Shown: positions 38,748 through 48,739 of the stretch, in pieces
Numbering within the stretch: position 1 is the stretch's first letter
Layout of the letters: every line of letters begins with the position of its first letter
Source: a bacterium
GTDB taxonomy: Bacteria; SAR324; XYD2-FULL-50-16
Reading direction: 5' to 3'
Length of the DNA: 64,000 bases
Assembly: GCA_032250835.1 (NCBI GenBank)
Contig: JAVVEA010000010.1
Location: forward strand, 32,001 to 96,000
Position numbers and translations under genes: made by a program
Notes under the pieces: generated by a model
Told to the model about the DNA's origin: nothing
The model's database searches: none
The model's input: the letters and a program-made list of their open reading frames with translations, nothing else

Positions 38748-39620
38748 CTAAACAGACCGGCGGACCCGCTGGATCAGGCCGTTTTTGTTGCCCTTCCAAG
38801 AGACCCCTTGATTGCACCAGGAAATCAAGCGGGCGAAGAGGTCGGACTCAAAGCCGCAGAGGTCGGACAGCTCTTTTAACATGGTCTGTTCGCTGTAGCT
38901 GATTGATTCGTCGGCGCTAACGATTTGGATCACGTTGACGAAAATCAAGATCAACAGGTCTCTGGGGAAATCGGGCGGGGAGCTCAGGGGAGGCGACATC
39001 TTATTTTTGACGTAGCCCATCAGCTTCATCTTCAGCGGCTTTTCTTGGACAAAACCCACCGCCATCTTCATAAACTGCAACTCCATTTCATCTAGACGCC
39101 CATCGAGCATGATGGTGGAAATCAGCAGTTGGGCATACCAGTAGCGCTGCTCTGAGGAAAACTGGTCAATCGGCACCTGACCGATGGTGAATCCCGACGA
39201 AGGGGGTAACAACTCGCTCTGGGCTCGCTTCCAGCGTAGGCCGTCTTCGAGCCAATTCATCAGCATCTTCAAGTACGCCGGGGTAAAAGACATCACCCCC
39301 GCCACTTCCTCTAAAAAAGTGCGCTCTTCGACGGCAAAATCCACGTCGGCGATACAGATTAAGATCAACTCGGTAAAGATAGCCGCTAAAATTTGGTCGG
39401 GGATGGCACTAGGAGGCTCGTGGACTGGTGGGGGCTGCTTGGCTTCGATGTGGGCCAGTAGCGCTTGGCGGGCAACCGGTTCTTTGACCACGCCGATCAC
39501 GCCGCGTAAAAATTCCACTTCCGAGGCGTCAATCTCGCCGTCCGCCAAGATGGCGGCAACCACCAATTGGGCATACCAGAATCGCTGGTCCGGTTTGAGT
39601 AGATTGACAGGAACGGACAT
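38748..39620 (-). CDS. Tandem TerB-like domain protein
   Basis: Two homologous halves (QRFWYAQL..ADGEIDASE and QRYWYAQL..LDGRLDEME), each with a second AD-x6-E motif. Confidence 0.78.
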   Translation of the reverse strand: MSVPVNLLKPDQRFWYAQLVVAAILADGEIDASEVEFLRGVIGVVKEPVARQALLAHIEAKQPPPVHEPPSAIPDQILAAIFTELILICIADVDFAVEERTFLEEVAGVMSFTPAYLKMLMNWLEDGLRWKRAQSELLPPSSGFTIGQVPIDQFSSEQRYWYAQLLISTIMLDGRLDEMELQFMKMAVGFVQEKPLKMKLMGYVKNKMSPPLSSPPDFPRDLLILIFVNVIQIVSADESISYSEQTMLKELSDLCGFESDLFARLISWCNQGVSWKGNKNGLIQRVRRSV

Positions 39621-39623
39621 AAG

Positions 39624-40277
39624 TTACGCCAACTTTCTTGCGACCAGCAATCCGTCGCCTAGAGCCAAGAATTGAGCCCTAAATCCAGGATGTTCCAAAA
39701 TATTGGCGTTGAAGGCTTTCATCGCCGCCACATTGGCGCTGTATTTTTTGGTGAGCTCTTGCGGAGGCTGGAGGACCTTGCCGGAATAAAAGACATTATC
39801 CACCACCAGCAAACCGTCGATAGCTAGGGCTTTATAGCAGGATGCCAAAAGATTTGCATAGTCCTTTTTAGTGGAGTCCATGAAGATAAAGTCAAAGCTC
39901 TCAGCGATTTGAGCCCCTTGTCGGTCAAAATATTCTTCAATCCATTGTTCGCGCAACTCAACCTGCGCCAAGAAGCCAGAGCCCGCCAAAAAAGCGCGGC
40001 TCAACACCACCCGGTCAGCGTTGCAGTCTAAGGCGACCAAATGGGCGCTCGGTGCTCCTAAGAGCATCCAATGGGTTGAATAGCTGATCCCGCTGCCTAA
40101 CTCCAAGATCCGCTTGGGTGTCTTGAGCGAGGTGAGCAATTGCAGGAAGGCACCCACCTCATCACTGACAATAGGCACCCGCTCACTTAAGCCATACTCT
40201 TTGATTTGCATCAAGTAGTCGGGCAGGGCGGGCTCTAGGCTTTCTAGGTAGCGGGTCGATTCGGGATGCAGGCTCAT
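39624..40277 (-). CDS. Class I SAM O-methyltransferase (Methyltransf_3, YrrM/TrmR-like)
   Basis: VPIV, ILELGSGISYS, FDFIFMD, LLVVDNV and GDGL. Confidence 0.88.
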   Translation of the reverse strand: MSLHPESTRYLESLEPALPDYLMQIKEYGLSERVPIVSDEVGAFLQLLTSLKTPKRILELGSGISYSTHWMLLGAPSAHLVALDCNADRVVLSRAFLAGSGFLAQVELREQWIEEYFDRQGAQIAESFDFIFMDSTKKDYANLLASCYKALAIDGLLVVDNVFYSGKVLQPPQELTKKYSANVAAMKAFNANILEHPGFRAQFLALGDGLLVARKLA

Positions 40278-40280
40278 GGA

Positions 40281-43200
40281 TCAGGCGGCACCTGAAGTGG
40301 CCGAGGATTCAGCCGCAGGGTTCTCTGGGGCCACCTGGCCTAATAGGTTGACCAGCTTACTCGGGAGTGAATAATCCTCAAGGTTGCTGTTGATCGGTGC
40401 GGCGTACTTGCGCAGCGTGTTTAGGTTTTCGATCAACTCGGGCGTGGTTTCGGCCGGGCTCGGGTAGGGGATGAAGAAGAGAATGCAAGACTCGGGGCTG
40501 AGTCCGCGCAAACGTTTGGCTAGTTCCTTAAAACTAGACAGGTTGGATTTAGTGTCGTCGCCTAAAATCATCAATAAATGGGGCCGCTTGCCCTGCTCGG
40601 CAATTTCGGCTTCCATGCGGCCCATGCCCAACTCTTCATATTTAACGGTCGTACCGAAGTATGACTTGATGGCCGGTTCAAAGGCCTTTTGTAGTTCCAT
40701 GGTGTCCAACATCCCGTCACCACTCACCACAATGTGCTTGATCGCCTTCTTGCCGCCCTTGACCCGAGCCAACTTATCCAACTCAGCGATGATCTGGTTT
40801 TGGGCGGTGGTGGAGATCACCTCGACGCTGTCTTTAACATTTTTGACGACCATCAATTGCGCAAGTTCCTTGTTGATTTCGTCCAAGGTGTTTGAAAGCC
40901 CCGCAGCCATCTCTTTGGCTTGGGCGGTGATGGTCTCGGTGGTCGATTTACCGGCGCTGATCGCTTCGGTGATCGCCGATTTGGCGGATTTAAACTTCCC
41001 GTCCACCAAGGCAAACTTCTCGTCTAATGTTTCCTTTTCGGTTTTTAAAAAGGCCAGTTTTTGTTGGTCTTCGGTGAGCGTCTTTTGGAACTTTTTTCGG
41101 TCTGAAACGGTTCGTTGGAGGGCTTCCTTTTTCTTTTTTAAGCTAGTCGCCATCAGCTTAAGCTTGGTCCCTTCGGTTTCCAAGAAACGCTTCAGCTTTT
41201 CTTTATATTCCGTATAGCGGATCAGGTTGGTGCGGATCTTGGCCTTTTGCGACTCATTTTGCAGCAAGGAGTTGTAAAAATCGTCGTCCGCGAAGGCCAC
41301 GGTGTACTGGGGCTTGATGACCGTACTGAAGTCATATTCTTCTAGATCATTGCCGATGAAGAGTAGGTCAGGGTCGTCGGGCAGGTCGTCGAGGTTGGTG
41401 ATCTGGAACAAAGTGTTGTCCAGTTTATCGATCTGCATGCAGGTGACGATAAAGCGGCGCAGCATGGCGTCTTCGGTGGCGAAAACGACCTTGCGCTTGG
41501 CAATGCGCTTGAGCTCGTCATCGGTGAATTTAAAGATCAGCCGGTGCTTGGGTGCCTGTTCGGCCAAAAAAGTCTGCTTGACCGTGTCCACCACCCGCGC
41601 GAGTGGGGCGGGCAGCGTGTGCAGCTTGCTGAGCATCAAGGGGCGGATGATCTCAAAAAAGCGCTGGCTTAGCTGTTGCTGGGTCCGGGCAACCTTTAAT
41701 TTTAGCTGGTTGTAGGTGTTTAATTTGGTTTGGGCATCTTGGAACTTGGCCATGTTCGTTTGCAGGCCCTTGAGCTTTTCGTTGATCTGGTCGCCGAAGA
41801 GCTCTAGGTTGTTGTTGTCTGCTGCAAGCTTGGCTTCCATCTGCGGCAGCTTGGCCTTGAGTTGCTCGACCCGTTGGTCCAACTCCACCACCCGGTTTTC
41901 CACATTTTTCATGACCTCTTCTTTGACCTTGCCCCGCTCGTCGAGTTGCTCAAGCATCTTCGAGTCAAGCTGGCCCTTGAGTGCCGCCGAAGCCATGTTC
42001 ATCATGATCATCATGGTTTCGAGCAGGTAACCCCCGACAGGGTCGTCAGCACCCTGCTCGCGCAGCTTTTTCTTGAGTTCCTCTAGCTTTTTTTCAACCT
42101 GCTTGTAATGGGAGGCATAGTCCTTCAGGTTCACCTTGCCCGCAGAAAACATCTCCAAAAGCGAGGTGTCGACGATGTCTTCGACAATCGTCAAGGTGGC
42201 GTCTTTTAAGGCATCGTTGGCGGTCAGTTGCTCGACAAAGTCTCGGCGGCAAATCAGTGCGTCATAGCCCACATTCAGCGCATCAATCTGGGCCGTCAAC
42301 TTGGCAAAAATCGGCGCTCCGCGCTCCGAAGAAAGCAGCTCGCTGATCCCTTGGACCCGGTGGGCCTTTAATTTAGGGTTGCCGGTGATTTTTTTAAACA
42401 GACCGGTCTTGGACTCGACCTTGTTAAACTGCTTGAGGTGTAAAAAGAGGGTCTGTCCAAAAGCCAAGCCGTCACCAGATTTGACGAGCCCTAAGAGGTG
42501 GGTTAGGTCCAGCTTGATCATCTGGAACAGTTCGGCCTTGGCTCCTTTAAGGATCGCCCGCTTGTGTTCGGGTTTGAGCTTCGCGTTGATCTGCGCTTCA
42601 CCCTTTTTGCCGACCTGATTCCAAATGATCTTGCGGAAGGCGGGGTCCAGCTGATTAAAAAAGCTTTCCGGAAAAAGCGAGATAAAGGAGGTCAAAACCA
42701 GGTCACGCTCTTCATCAGTGAAGACGGTGGCCCATTCGGCGTAAGAGAGCAGCTTGTCTTTGAGCCCTTCAGAAAAAATCTCCATGCGCAGCTTGATGCC
42801 CGCCTCGTCCAACTTCCCAAATTGCTTGGCCGAGTCGTAAGCCGCATCTTGGTTGAAGTTGACGTCCTGGAACTTGGCTTTAAAGAGCTTGGTGTTGGTC
42901 AGCATGATCGAGGCCATCACCTCAACGCTCTGCGCGTTTAACACCTCTTTTTGACCCTTCGGACCGATCACGCGCCAAGCCTCCACGGCCATGGTCTTGT
43001 CGCGCAAGAACTCAACGATCAATGGTTCACGGATGTCGGGTGGGATGCGGGCCAAAAAGCTGGCTTGGGATTCGGCGGCAAGTTTGGCGGTGAGGCGCTC
43101 TAAGACCTTAGGCTCCATTGATTCGATCAACTCGGTGATCTCTTCGTCTTTAAGGTGCTTGAGGTGTTCGCCAGAGGCCTTCATCTCGTTTTCGAGATAT

Positions 43201-44210
43201 TCCGGCAGCAACTGCCGCCCAAGGGCCGAGACCAACATCAACTCTCGCTCAGTGGCGTCTAATACCTTGTTGACCGCGTCGTAACCGGCCGTTTCTAGGT
43301 AGTCCGCCACGCCGGTGGATTTGGTTTCTTCGATGGCTTTGAGCGCCTGTTCGGGCGTTTCCCATTCAAAGACCTGTTCCATCTGGTCGAATTTAAGGCG
43401 CTGGTGCACCACCTTGGCCAGGGCTTTTTCCATCACCAAAACCATGCGCTTGGTGCGCACGAAGGCCATCTTTTCTTCCTTGACCGCCTCTTTGATCAAG
43501 TCACCCTTTTCCGAGTCGAGGGCCAACATCTTCTTCACCGAATCGTCAACGGTGAAGTCTTTGATGTAGAAGTGCCCCGCCTCTTCTTCCATGTTGACCA
43601 CGCCATCAAAGGTGATGTCGCCGATGGTCAGCTGGCTGATGTTGCTGATGTCGATTTGTCCCTTTTCAGGGAAGCCACCAATCTTGGGGAGTTGGGCACT
43701 GGACTTGATCTGAACTGGCTCAAAGGCGGACTCGCGTTCGGCATCGGCAAAGAGCAGTGCCTGGACCTCAAAGCCCAGTTTGATGAAATCGCGGATGCGC
43801 TGGTTTAAGTCGCCTACAAAGATCATGCGGCGCATCTTAAAGCTGCCGCGGTTGATCATTTTGTTGAGCTCGATATAAGCACCTAAGCGCAACGTTGGAT
43901 CGATCACCAACCCTTTTGAGTTGGTTTCGTCCACCATGGCGTCGTCTTTGGCGCTGTCAAAACCCTCGACTTTTCGGGTGGCGTTGAAGCCCGTTAAGAC
44001 GACATCCGCCTTGGGGTTGGCGGTGAGCACTGCGTGCAGGGGCCGGTTGTCTTGGTTGGAGATGAAGACCATCTCCCGCTCTTTGGAGGGGTCCTCATTG
44101 TTCAGCCGCGTGAGCTGGTCGCTGATCTGTTCTTTAAGAACATTCTGGCGCTCCACAGCCAAATCGGCACAGACGACCTGGATGCGGATATGTTCTTTCA
44201 GTACAGCCAT
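40281..44210 (-). CDS. Large cytoplasmic coiled-coil protein (1309 aa) of unknown function
   Basis: Long ORF with host-like codon use. Contains heptad-rich stretches, MgtE-N/FliG-like helical repeats and receiver-like alpha/beta segments. Confidence 0.8.
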   Translation of the reverse strand: MAVLKEHIRIQVVCADLAVERQNVLKEQISDQLTRLNNEDPSKEREMVFISNQDNRPLHAVLTANPKADVVLTGFNATRKVEGFDSAKDDAMVDETNSKGLVIDPTLRLGAYIELNKMINRGSFKMRRMIFVGDLNQRIRDFIKLGFEVQALLFADAERESAFEPVQIKSSAQLPKIGGFPEKGQIDISNISQLTIGDITFDGVVNMEEEAGHFYIKDFTVDDSVKKMLALDSEKGDLIKEAVKEEKMAFVRTKRMVLVMEKALAKVVHQRLKFDQMEQVFEWETPEQALKAIEETKSTGVADYLETAGYDAVNKVLDATERELMLVSALGRQLLPEYLENEMKASGEHLKHLKDEEITELIESMEPKVLERLTAKLAAESQASFLARIPPDIREPLIVEFLRDKTMAVEAWRVIGPKGQKEVLNAQSVEVMASIMLTNTKLFKAKFQDVNFNQDAAYDSAKQFGKLDEAGIKLRMEIFSEGLKDKLLSYAEWATVFTDEERDLVLTSFISLFPESFFNQLDPAFRKIIWNQVGKKGEAQINAKLKPEHKRAILKGAKAELFQMIKLDLTHLLGLVKSGDGLAFGQTLFLHLKQFNKVESKTGLFKKITGNPKLKAHRVQGISELLSSERGAPIFAKLTAQIDALNVGYDALICRRDFVEQLTANDALKDATLTIVEDIVDTSLLEMFSAGKVNLKDYASHYKQVEKKLEELKKKLREQGADDPVGGYLLETMMIMMNMASAALKGQLDSKMLEQLDERGKVKEEVMKNVENRVVELDQRVEQLKAKLPQMEAKLAADNNNLELFGDQINEKLKGLQTNMAKFQDAQTKLNTYNQLKLKVARTQQQLSQRFFEIIRPLMLSKLHTLPAPLARVVDTVKQTFLAEQAPKHRLIFKFTDDELKRIAKRKVVFATEDAMLRRFIVTCMQIDKLDNTLFQITNLDDLPDDPDLLFIGNDLEEYDFSTVIKPQYTVAFADDDFYNSLLQNESQKAKIRTNLIRYTEYKEKLKRFLETEGTKLKLMATSLKKKKEALQRTVSDRKKFQKTLTEDQQKLAFLKTEKETLDEKFALVDGKFKSAKSAITEAISAGKSTTETITAQAKEMAAGLSNTLDEINKELAQLMVVKNVKDSVEVISTTAQNQIIAELDKLARVKGGKKAIKHIVVSGDGMLDTMELQKAFEPAIKSYFGTTVKYEELGMGRMEAEIAEQGKRPHLLMILGDDTKSNLSSFKELAKRLRGLSPESCILFFIPYPSPAETTPELIENLNTLRKYAAPINSNLEDYSLPSKLVNLLGQVAPENPAAESSATSGAA

Positions 44211-44302
44211 ATAGGGGTATTCCTAGAACGGAACGACTTGAAGTTGGATAAGGGCATTTTGAGCGCCCTGAAGGCCTTAAGTCAACCGCAAAACTACGCA
44301 AG

Positions 44303-44334
44303 AAAAAGCCCCTGGGCCTTTGGGCCGAGGGGCT
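44303..44334 (-). terminator. Intrinsic terminator after motB
   Basis: Minus strand AGCCCCTCGGCCCAAAGGCCCAGGGGCT followed by a T-run, just after the motB stop. Confidence 0.75.
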
Positions 44335-44341
44335 AATGCGG

Positions 44342-44989
44342 TTAATAACCGTCAGGTTTGACTAAGATGTCGATGCGCCGGTTCAAACGCCGCAAACTGG
44401 CGGTTTCGTTGGCTACCTTGGGGCGGGTGTCGGCGTAACCGGCGACCTCCAACCGGTTCTTTTGTATGCCGAACTCCTGTAAGAGCCGGGCCACCGAGCC
44501 AGCCCTAGCCGAAGACAGTTCCCAATTGCTCGGGAAGGTTTCGCTTTGGGTGGGGAGGTCGTCTGTGTGTCCTTCAACCACCATGGCGTTGGGGATGGCG
44601 TGCATGATGCGGCTGAATTTTTCGATCACTTCGGCTCCGCCCGGACTGATCTGGGCAGTACCGCGCTCAAAAAAGACGGCTTCAGAGAAGCTAACGGTGA
44701 TGCCCCGGTCGTCTACGGTGATGTCGGCCACCTCGGCAATGGGGCTTTTAGACATCGCCGCTTCTAGGCTTTCCATAAAGGTAGGCATGCCCGCAAATTG
44801 GAAGGGCGAACCCGGTGGGCCCCCTTTAAAGCTCGCTGAAATGGCCTTGAAGAGTTCCTCTTCGGATTTTGACATAGCAAAGAGCAGGATGAAAAAACAC
44901 ATCAATAGCGTTACCATGTCGCCGTAGGTGTAAATCCATTCTTCGCGTTCGGCAACGTCAGGACAGGTGCATTCCTCTTCAACGGCCAT
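44342..44989 (-). CDS. motB: Flagellar stator subunit MotB/PomB
   Basis: WIYTYGDMVTLLMCFF TM motif; OmpA-like EGHTD, NWELSSARA and NRRIDI. Confidence 0.93.
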   Translation of the reverse strand: MAVEEECTCPDVAEREEWIYTYGDMVTLLMCFFILLFAMSKSEEELFKAISASFKGGPPGSPFQFAGMPTFMESLEAAMSKSPIAEVADITVDDRGITVSFSEAVFFERGTAQISPGGAEVIEKFSRIMHAIPNAMVVEGHTDDLPTQSETFPSNWELSSARAGSVARLLQEFGIQKNRLEVAGYADTRPKVANETASLRRLNRRIDILVKPDGY

Positions 44990-45798
44990 TAGCTGCCTCC
45001 TTTGTCGGCGCTGAATTTCAGCTCTTCATATTTGGCTTTTAGGCTGGGCGTGAGGTAGTTCATTAAGTCTTGCTCAATGAACTCGGCCCGTTCGTTCTTC
45101 TCGATAAAGAGTACGCCATCGCGGATCATCTCGTACAGAACCGTCTCGGAACCAATGGCGTTTTTTAAGGTAGTGGCCCAAGGCATAAAGAAGCCGTTGG
45201 AGAACAACGCGCCGTAAAGCGTGGTGATCAACGCCACGGACATCTTCGGGCCGATGGTGCTGATGTCGTCCAGGGACTGGAGCATCAATACCAGACCAAT
45301 CAAGGTCCCGATCATCCCAAAGGCCGGGGCGTAGGTCGCCATGATCTTGACCATCTCCGCGTCGTTTTCTTTTTTCTTGATGGCATATTTCATCTCGCTG
45401 ACCATGATCTCAGTGATCAACTCCCGGTCAACCCGGTCCACGACCAACCGCAACCCGTTGCGCAAGTATTCGTTTTCGATCGAAGGCAGGCTGTCTTCGA
45501 TGGCCAATACGTTTTTGCGAGCCACCTTGGCTACGTCCACAATGATCACCAGCGTCTCGATCAAGGGTACGTTTTTGCCTTTGAAGACCGCACCGATCAC
45601 CCGACCCAGGGACGCAATCATTTCCATCGGGAAGGAGCCGACGGTAGCAACGATGGTACCGAAGAATACGATGATCAAGCTCGGGGCGTTCCACATGAAC
45701 ATGAGGTATTCCGGGTGGATTCCTCCGTTCTCGTAACTGGAACCAAAAACAAAGACTACCAAGACGCCGATGGCCCCTAGGGTTGCTGCTAAATCCAT
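44989..45798 (-). CDS. motA: Flagellar stator subunit MotA/PomA
   Basis: APAFGMIGTLIGLV, IGPKMSVALITTLYG; 4 TMs. Confidence 0.93.
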   Translation of the reverse strand: MDLAATLGAIGVLVVFVFGSSYENGGIHPEYLMFMWNAPSLIIVFFGTIVATVGSFPMEMIASLGRVIGAVFKGKNVPLIETLVIIVDVAKVARKNVLAIEDSLPSIENEYLRNGLRLVVDRVDRELITEIMVSEMKYAIKKKENDAEMVKIMATYAPAFGMIGTLIGLVLMLQSLDDISTIGPKMSVALITTLYGALFSNGFFMPWATTLKNAIGSETVLYEMIRDGVLFIEKNERAEFIEQDLMNYLTPSLKAKYEELKFSADKGGS

Positions 45799-45888
45799 AC
45801 TTTAACCCTTCTGGTTGGGTTGAAATCCGTTACAAAGGTTGCTGTATCAGCCTCTAAAGGTGATGAAAGCCATTGCGGGCAATGTAAA

Positions 45889-45904
45889 TGCAAAAGCCAA
45901 GCCT
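45889..45904 (-). promoter_or_regulatory. Candidate sigma54 promoter for motAB
   Basis: Minus strand AGGCTTGGCTTTTGCA is GG-N10-GC with a TTGCA -12 box, ~90 nt upstream of motA. Confidence 0.4.
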
Positions 45905-46096
45905 AAGCAAAAAAAAAGTTTTGGGGCCAAAGGTTCAGTCTTTGCTTAGATCTTTTTAAAAGTCCAAAAACGTTTTTTAATGGTTTGCTAGGTTAGATAT
46001 TCGGGGCAGCTGCGCCGGAGGTTCGGTTGTTGCATTTACAGGTAAAGGAACCGGGCATAAGCCCCCCAAGTCCCAACCCTATTGACTTGATCGGTT

Positions 46097-46513
46097 ATGA
46101 AGAAGCTTTTGATCTTATTGCTCTTTGCCATGGCTATGGGCGCTTGCAGTATGGGCGGTGATGATATGCCCCGCCAACAGGTCCGCCAAGCCTGCGCCGA
46201 GCCACGTCTAGCCTCAAGCTTCAAATTCCATGACCGCGCCCTGGACTACCTTCGCACTTACTTTAAAACCCGCAAAGAAACAGACCTCTTCTTTGCTTGG
46301 TACGCTTCGGAAGACTCTTTGTATATGGCCCGCACCATCAACCGCTGCTATGACAAGCGCAACAAACACTTCCATGCGGTACGTAACGTGATCCAGAAAA
46401 ATGAGGTGTTGCGCAAGCTGATCGTGCAAAACATGCGCACCGATTCGCAAGCCGAAGTCTCCGAATTATTCCTGGACGAATACCGTAAAATATTTGTCCG
46501 CGACATCCAATAG
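46097..46513 (+). CDS. Lipoprotein of unknown function
   Basis: MKKLLILLLFAMAMGAC lipobox. Confidence 0.78.
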   Translation: MKKLLILLLFAMAMGACSMGGDDMPRQQVRQACAEPRLASSFKFHDRALDYLRTYFKTRKETDLFFAWYASEDSLYMARTINRCYDKRNKHFHAVRNVIQKNEVLRKLIVQNMRTDSQAEVSELFLDEYRKIFVRDIQ

Positions 46514-46520
46514 ATTCCCC

Positions 46521-47888
46521 ATGTCCCGCTTCGAAGACACCATCGTAGGTCCGGCTACCGCGCCGGGTGAAGCCGGGGTAGGTATTTTGCGCCTCTCGGG
46601 GCCGCGTGCTCTGGCGGTGGCGACGGCCATCTTCCGCCCCAAAGGCCAATTTCCCCCGCAAAGTTGGCGGTTTTATTTCGGTTGGGTCTTCGACCAAGAC
46701 CGCGAGATAGACGAAGCCCTAATGGTTTATATGCAGGGCCCTAAAAGCTACACAGCCGAAGATGTGGTGGAAATCCACTGCCACGGCGGCGGGGTGATCT
46801 TAAAAAAAATCATCCAATTGACCCTCAATCAGGGAGCCCGGTTGGCGAGCCCCGGCGAGTTCACCCAACGGGCCTTTGTGAACGGGCGGATCGACCTGAC
46901 CCAGGCCGAAGCGGTGGGCGACATGGTGCGCGCAAAAACCGAGCGGGCCCTAAACATGGTGGTCAATCAGCTCAAAGGCGCGCTTTACCGCCGCATCAAC
47001 GAACTCAAAGAAGAGGTCGCCTGGGTGTTGGCTTTAGTCAACGCCGGCATTGATTTTCCCGAAGAAGACGTGGTCTTTAGCCACCAAGAAGAGATCACCG
47101 CTAAGTTACAGCGCGTTGAATCGGCTTTGGCCACCTTGGTGGCCAGCGCCGAAGGGGCTATGGCTTTAAAAGAAGGATTCCGGTTGGTCTTGGTCGGTAG
47201 GCCTAATGTGGGCAAGTCCAGCTTGATGAACGCCCTGTTGCAGGAAGCCCGCGCCATCGTGACCGACATCCCCGGCACCACCCGCGACAGCATCGCCGAG
47301 TCTTTGCAGATTGAAGGGGTGCCGATCCGCTTGGTGGATACCGCCGGATTGCGCGAAACCCAAGACCGGATTGAGATTGAGGGGATCGAACGCAGCTGGG
47401 CCGAGATGGAAGCGGCCGATTTGGTCCTTTGGGTGGTCGATGCCTCGGACCCCGACTTTACCCTGAGCCTGCCCGAAGCCGAACTGAGCCGGGAGATCCC
47501 TAAGCTGTTGGTGTTTAATAAAATGGACCGGGCCGCTACAGCCCCGGCGGTGCCCGCCGAGTGGGCGGCGCTAGAACGAATCGAGATGTCGGCCAAAGAA
47601 GCCGAAGATGTCGAGCGTCTGCGTGAGCGCATTTATTGTTACATCACCGGGCGCTATGGTGAATTGGCCGAAGACGCCTTATTGACCAACCTGCGCCAAC
47701 AAGAAGCGGCCGCCAAGGCCGAAGCCGCCGTGGGGCATGCTTTAGAAAATGTTAGCAGCGGGACCGGCGAAGAGGTCTTAAGCCTGGATTTGGCCGAGGC
47801 CTTAGACGCCTTAGGCGAGATTGTGGGCGAAACCACGCCCGACGACATGATGAACCGAATCTTTGAAAACTTCTGCATCGGGAAGTAG
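46521..47888 (+). CDS. mnmE: tRNA modification GTPase MnmE/TrmE
   Basis: SYTAEDVVEIHCHGG, GRPNVGKSSL, PGTTRD, DTAG, NKMD and C-terminal FCIGK. Confidence 0.98.
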   Translation: MSRFEDTIVGPATAPGEAGVGILRLSGPRALAVATAIFRPKGQFPPQSWRFYFGWVFDQDREIDEALMVYMQGPKSYTAEDVVEIHCHGGGVILKKIIQLTLNQGARLASPGEFTQRAFVNGRIDLTQAEAVGDMVRAKTERALNMVVNQLKGALYRRINELKEEVAWVLALVNAGIDFPEEDVVFSHQEEITAKLQRVESALATLVASAEGAMALKEGFRLVLVGRPNVGKSSLMNALLQEARAIVTDIPGTTRDSIAESLQIEGVPIRLVDTAGLRETQDRIEIEGIERSWAEMEAADLVLWVVDASDPDFTLSLPEAELSREIPKLLVFNKMDRAATAPAVPAEWAALERIEMSAKEAEDVERLRERIYCYITGRYGELAEDALLTNLRQQEAAAKAEAAVGHALENVSSGTGEEVLSLDLAEALDALGEIVGETTPDDMMNRIFENFCIGK

Positions 47889-47890
47889 CC

Positions 47891-48343
47891 ATGAAAGATC
47901 GAATCTTAAAAGACCTAAGCCAAAAAAAGCTGGACCTGCTGCGCCAGATGGCGCGCCAGACCCGGTACCTGATTTTAGGCAGCGGGGAAAACCCCCTGAG
48001 CGCCAAGGCCCAATTGCTTGAATGGTTGGAGATCAACGACCGGGCTTTGGAAGCCCGCGAGCGCGAGGTGGGTTTTCTTGCCAAAGAACAAGAAAAAGAG
48101 TTATATATAGAAATCAAAGATCAACTCTTGGCGTTACATGAGATGACCCAGGAGGCTCAAGCGCGCGCCGCTGCTGATCAGATGGCGCTAGAGCAAGAAA
48201 AGATAGATCTGGAGGCGAGTACCCGCGTCTCGGGATATGTGCGCGGCCAAAGCGCCTATACGGACAACCGACGCATCAAAGGACAGACCAAGCGGCGCGG
48301 CTGGCAGCCTAGCTACCGCTACGCCGAGGCGCAACGCCCCTAA
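47891..48343 (+). CDS. Helical protein, possibly a FlgN/FliT-like flagellar chaperone
   Basis: All-helical, charged 150-aa protein next to a FlaG-like gene; similarity is weak. Confidence 0.45.
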   Translation: MKDRILKDLSQKKLDLLRQMARQTRYLILGSGENPLSAKAQLLEWLEINDRALEAREREVGFLAKEQEKELYIEIKDQLLALHEMTQEAQARAAADQMALEQEKIDLEASTRVSGYVRGQSAYTDNRRIKGQTKRRGWQPSYRYAEAQRP

Positions 48344-48352
48344 AGGAGGCCC

Positions 48353-48739
48353 ATGAAAAGCCGGGAACTTTCCAGACAACTGATTTCCCCTTTCCCCGAA
48401 CGCCACGGCGGCCCAAAGGAAAAGAAAAGCTTTGAGGAAAAGCGCATCGAAGACGAGCGCGACACCCGCGAGGCCGTCGCCCGCATGATCCGCGAACAGA
48501 TCAAAAAAGAAGAAAACATTTCCATGGCCGTGCGCGAAGTGATCGCAGAGATCGAAGAGCGCAACCTGATGTGGCGCAACCTACGCTTTGACCGTCTCAA
48601 GAAAGACGGCAACGATTATGTAGAGATTGTGGACCGTTTGACCGGAGATGTCTTGAAGGTGCTGCCCCAGCCGGACTACAACCAGCTAGCCAACCACTTC
48701 AAGAAACACCCCGGCTTGACCCTAGACATCAACGCCTGA
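48353..48739 (+). CDS. FlaG-like flagellar protein
   Basis: VEIVDRLTGDVLKVLP...PGLTLDINA matches the FlaG C-terminal pattern; AGGAGG RBS. Confidence 0.65.
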   Translation: MKSRELSRQLISPFPERHGGPKEKKSFEEKRIEDERDTREAVARMIREQIKKEENISMAVREVIAEIEERNLMWRNLRFDRLKKDGNDYVEIVDRLTGDVLKVLPQPDYNQLANHFKKHPGLTLDINA

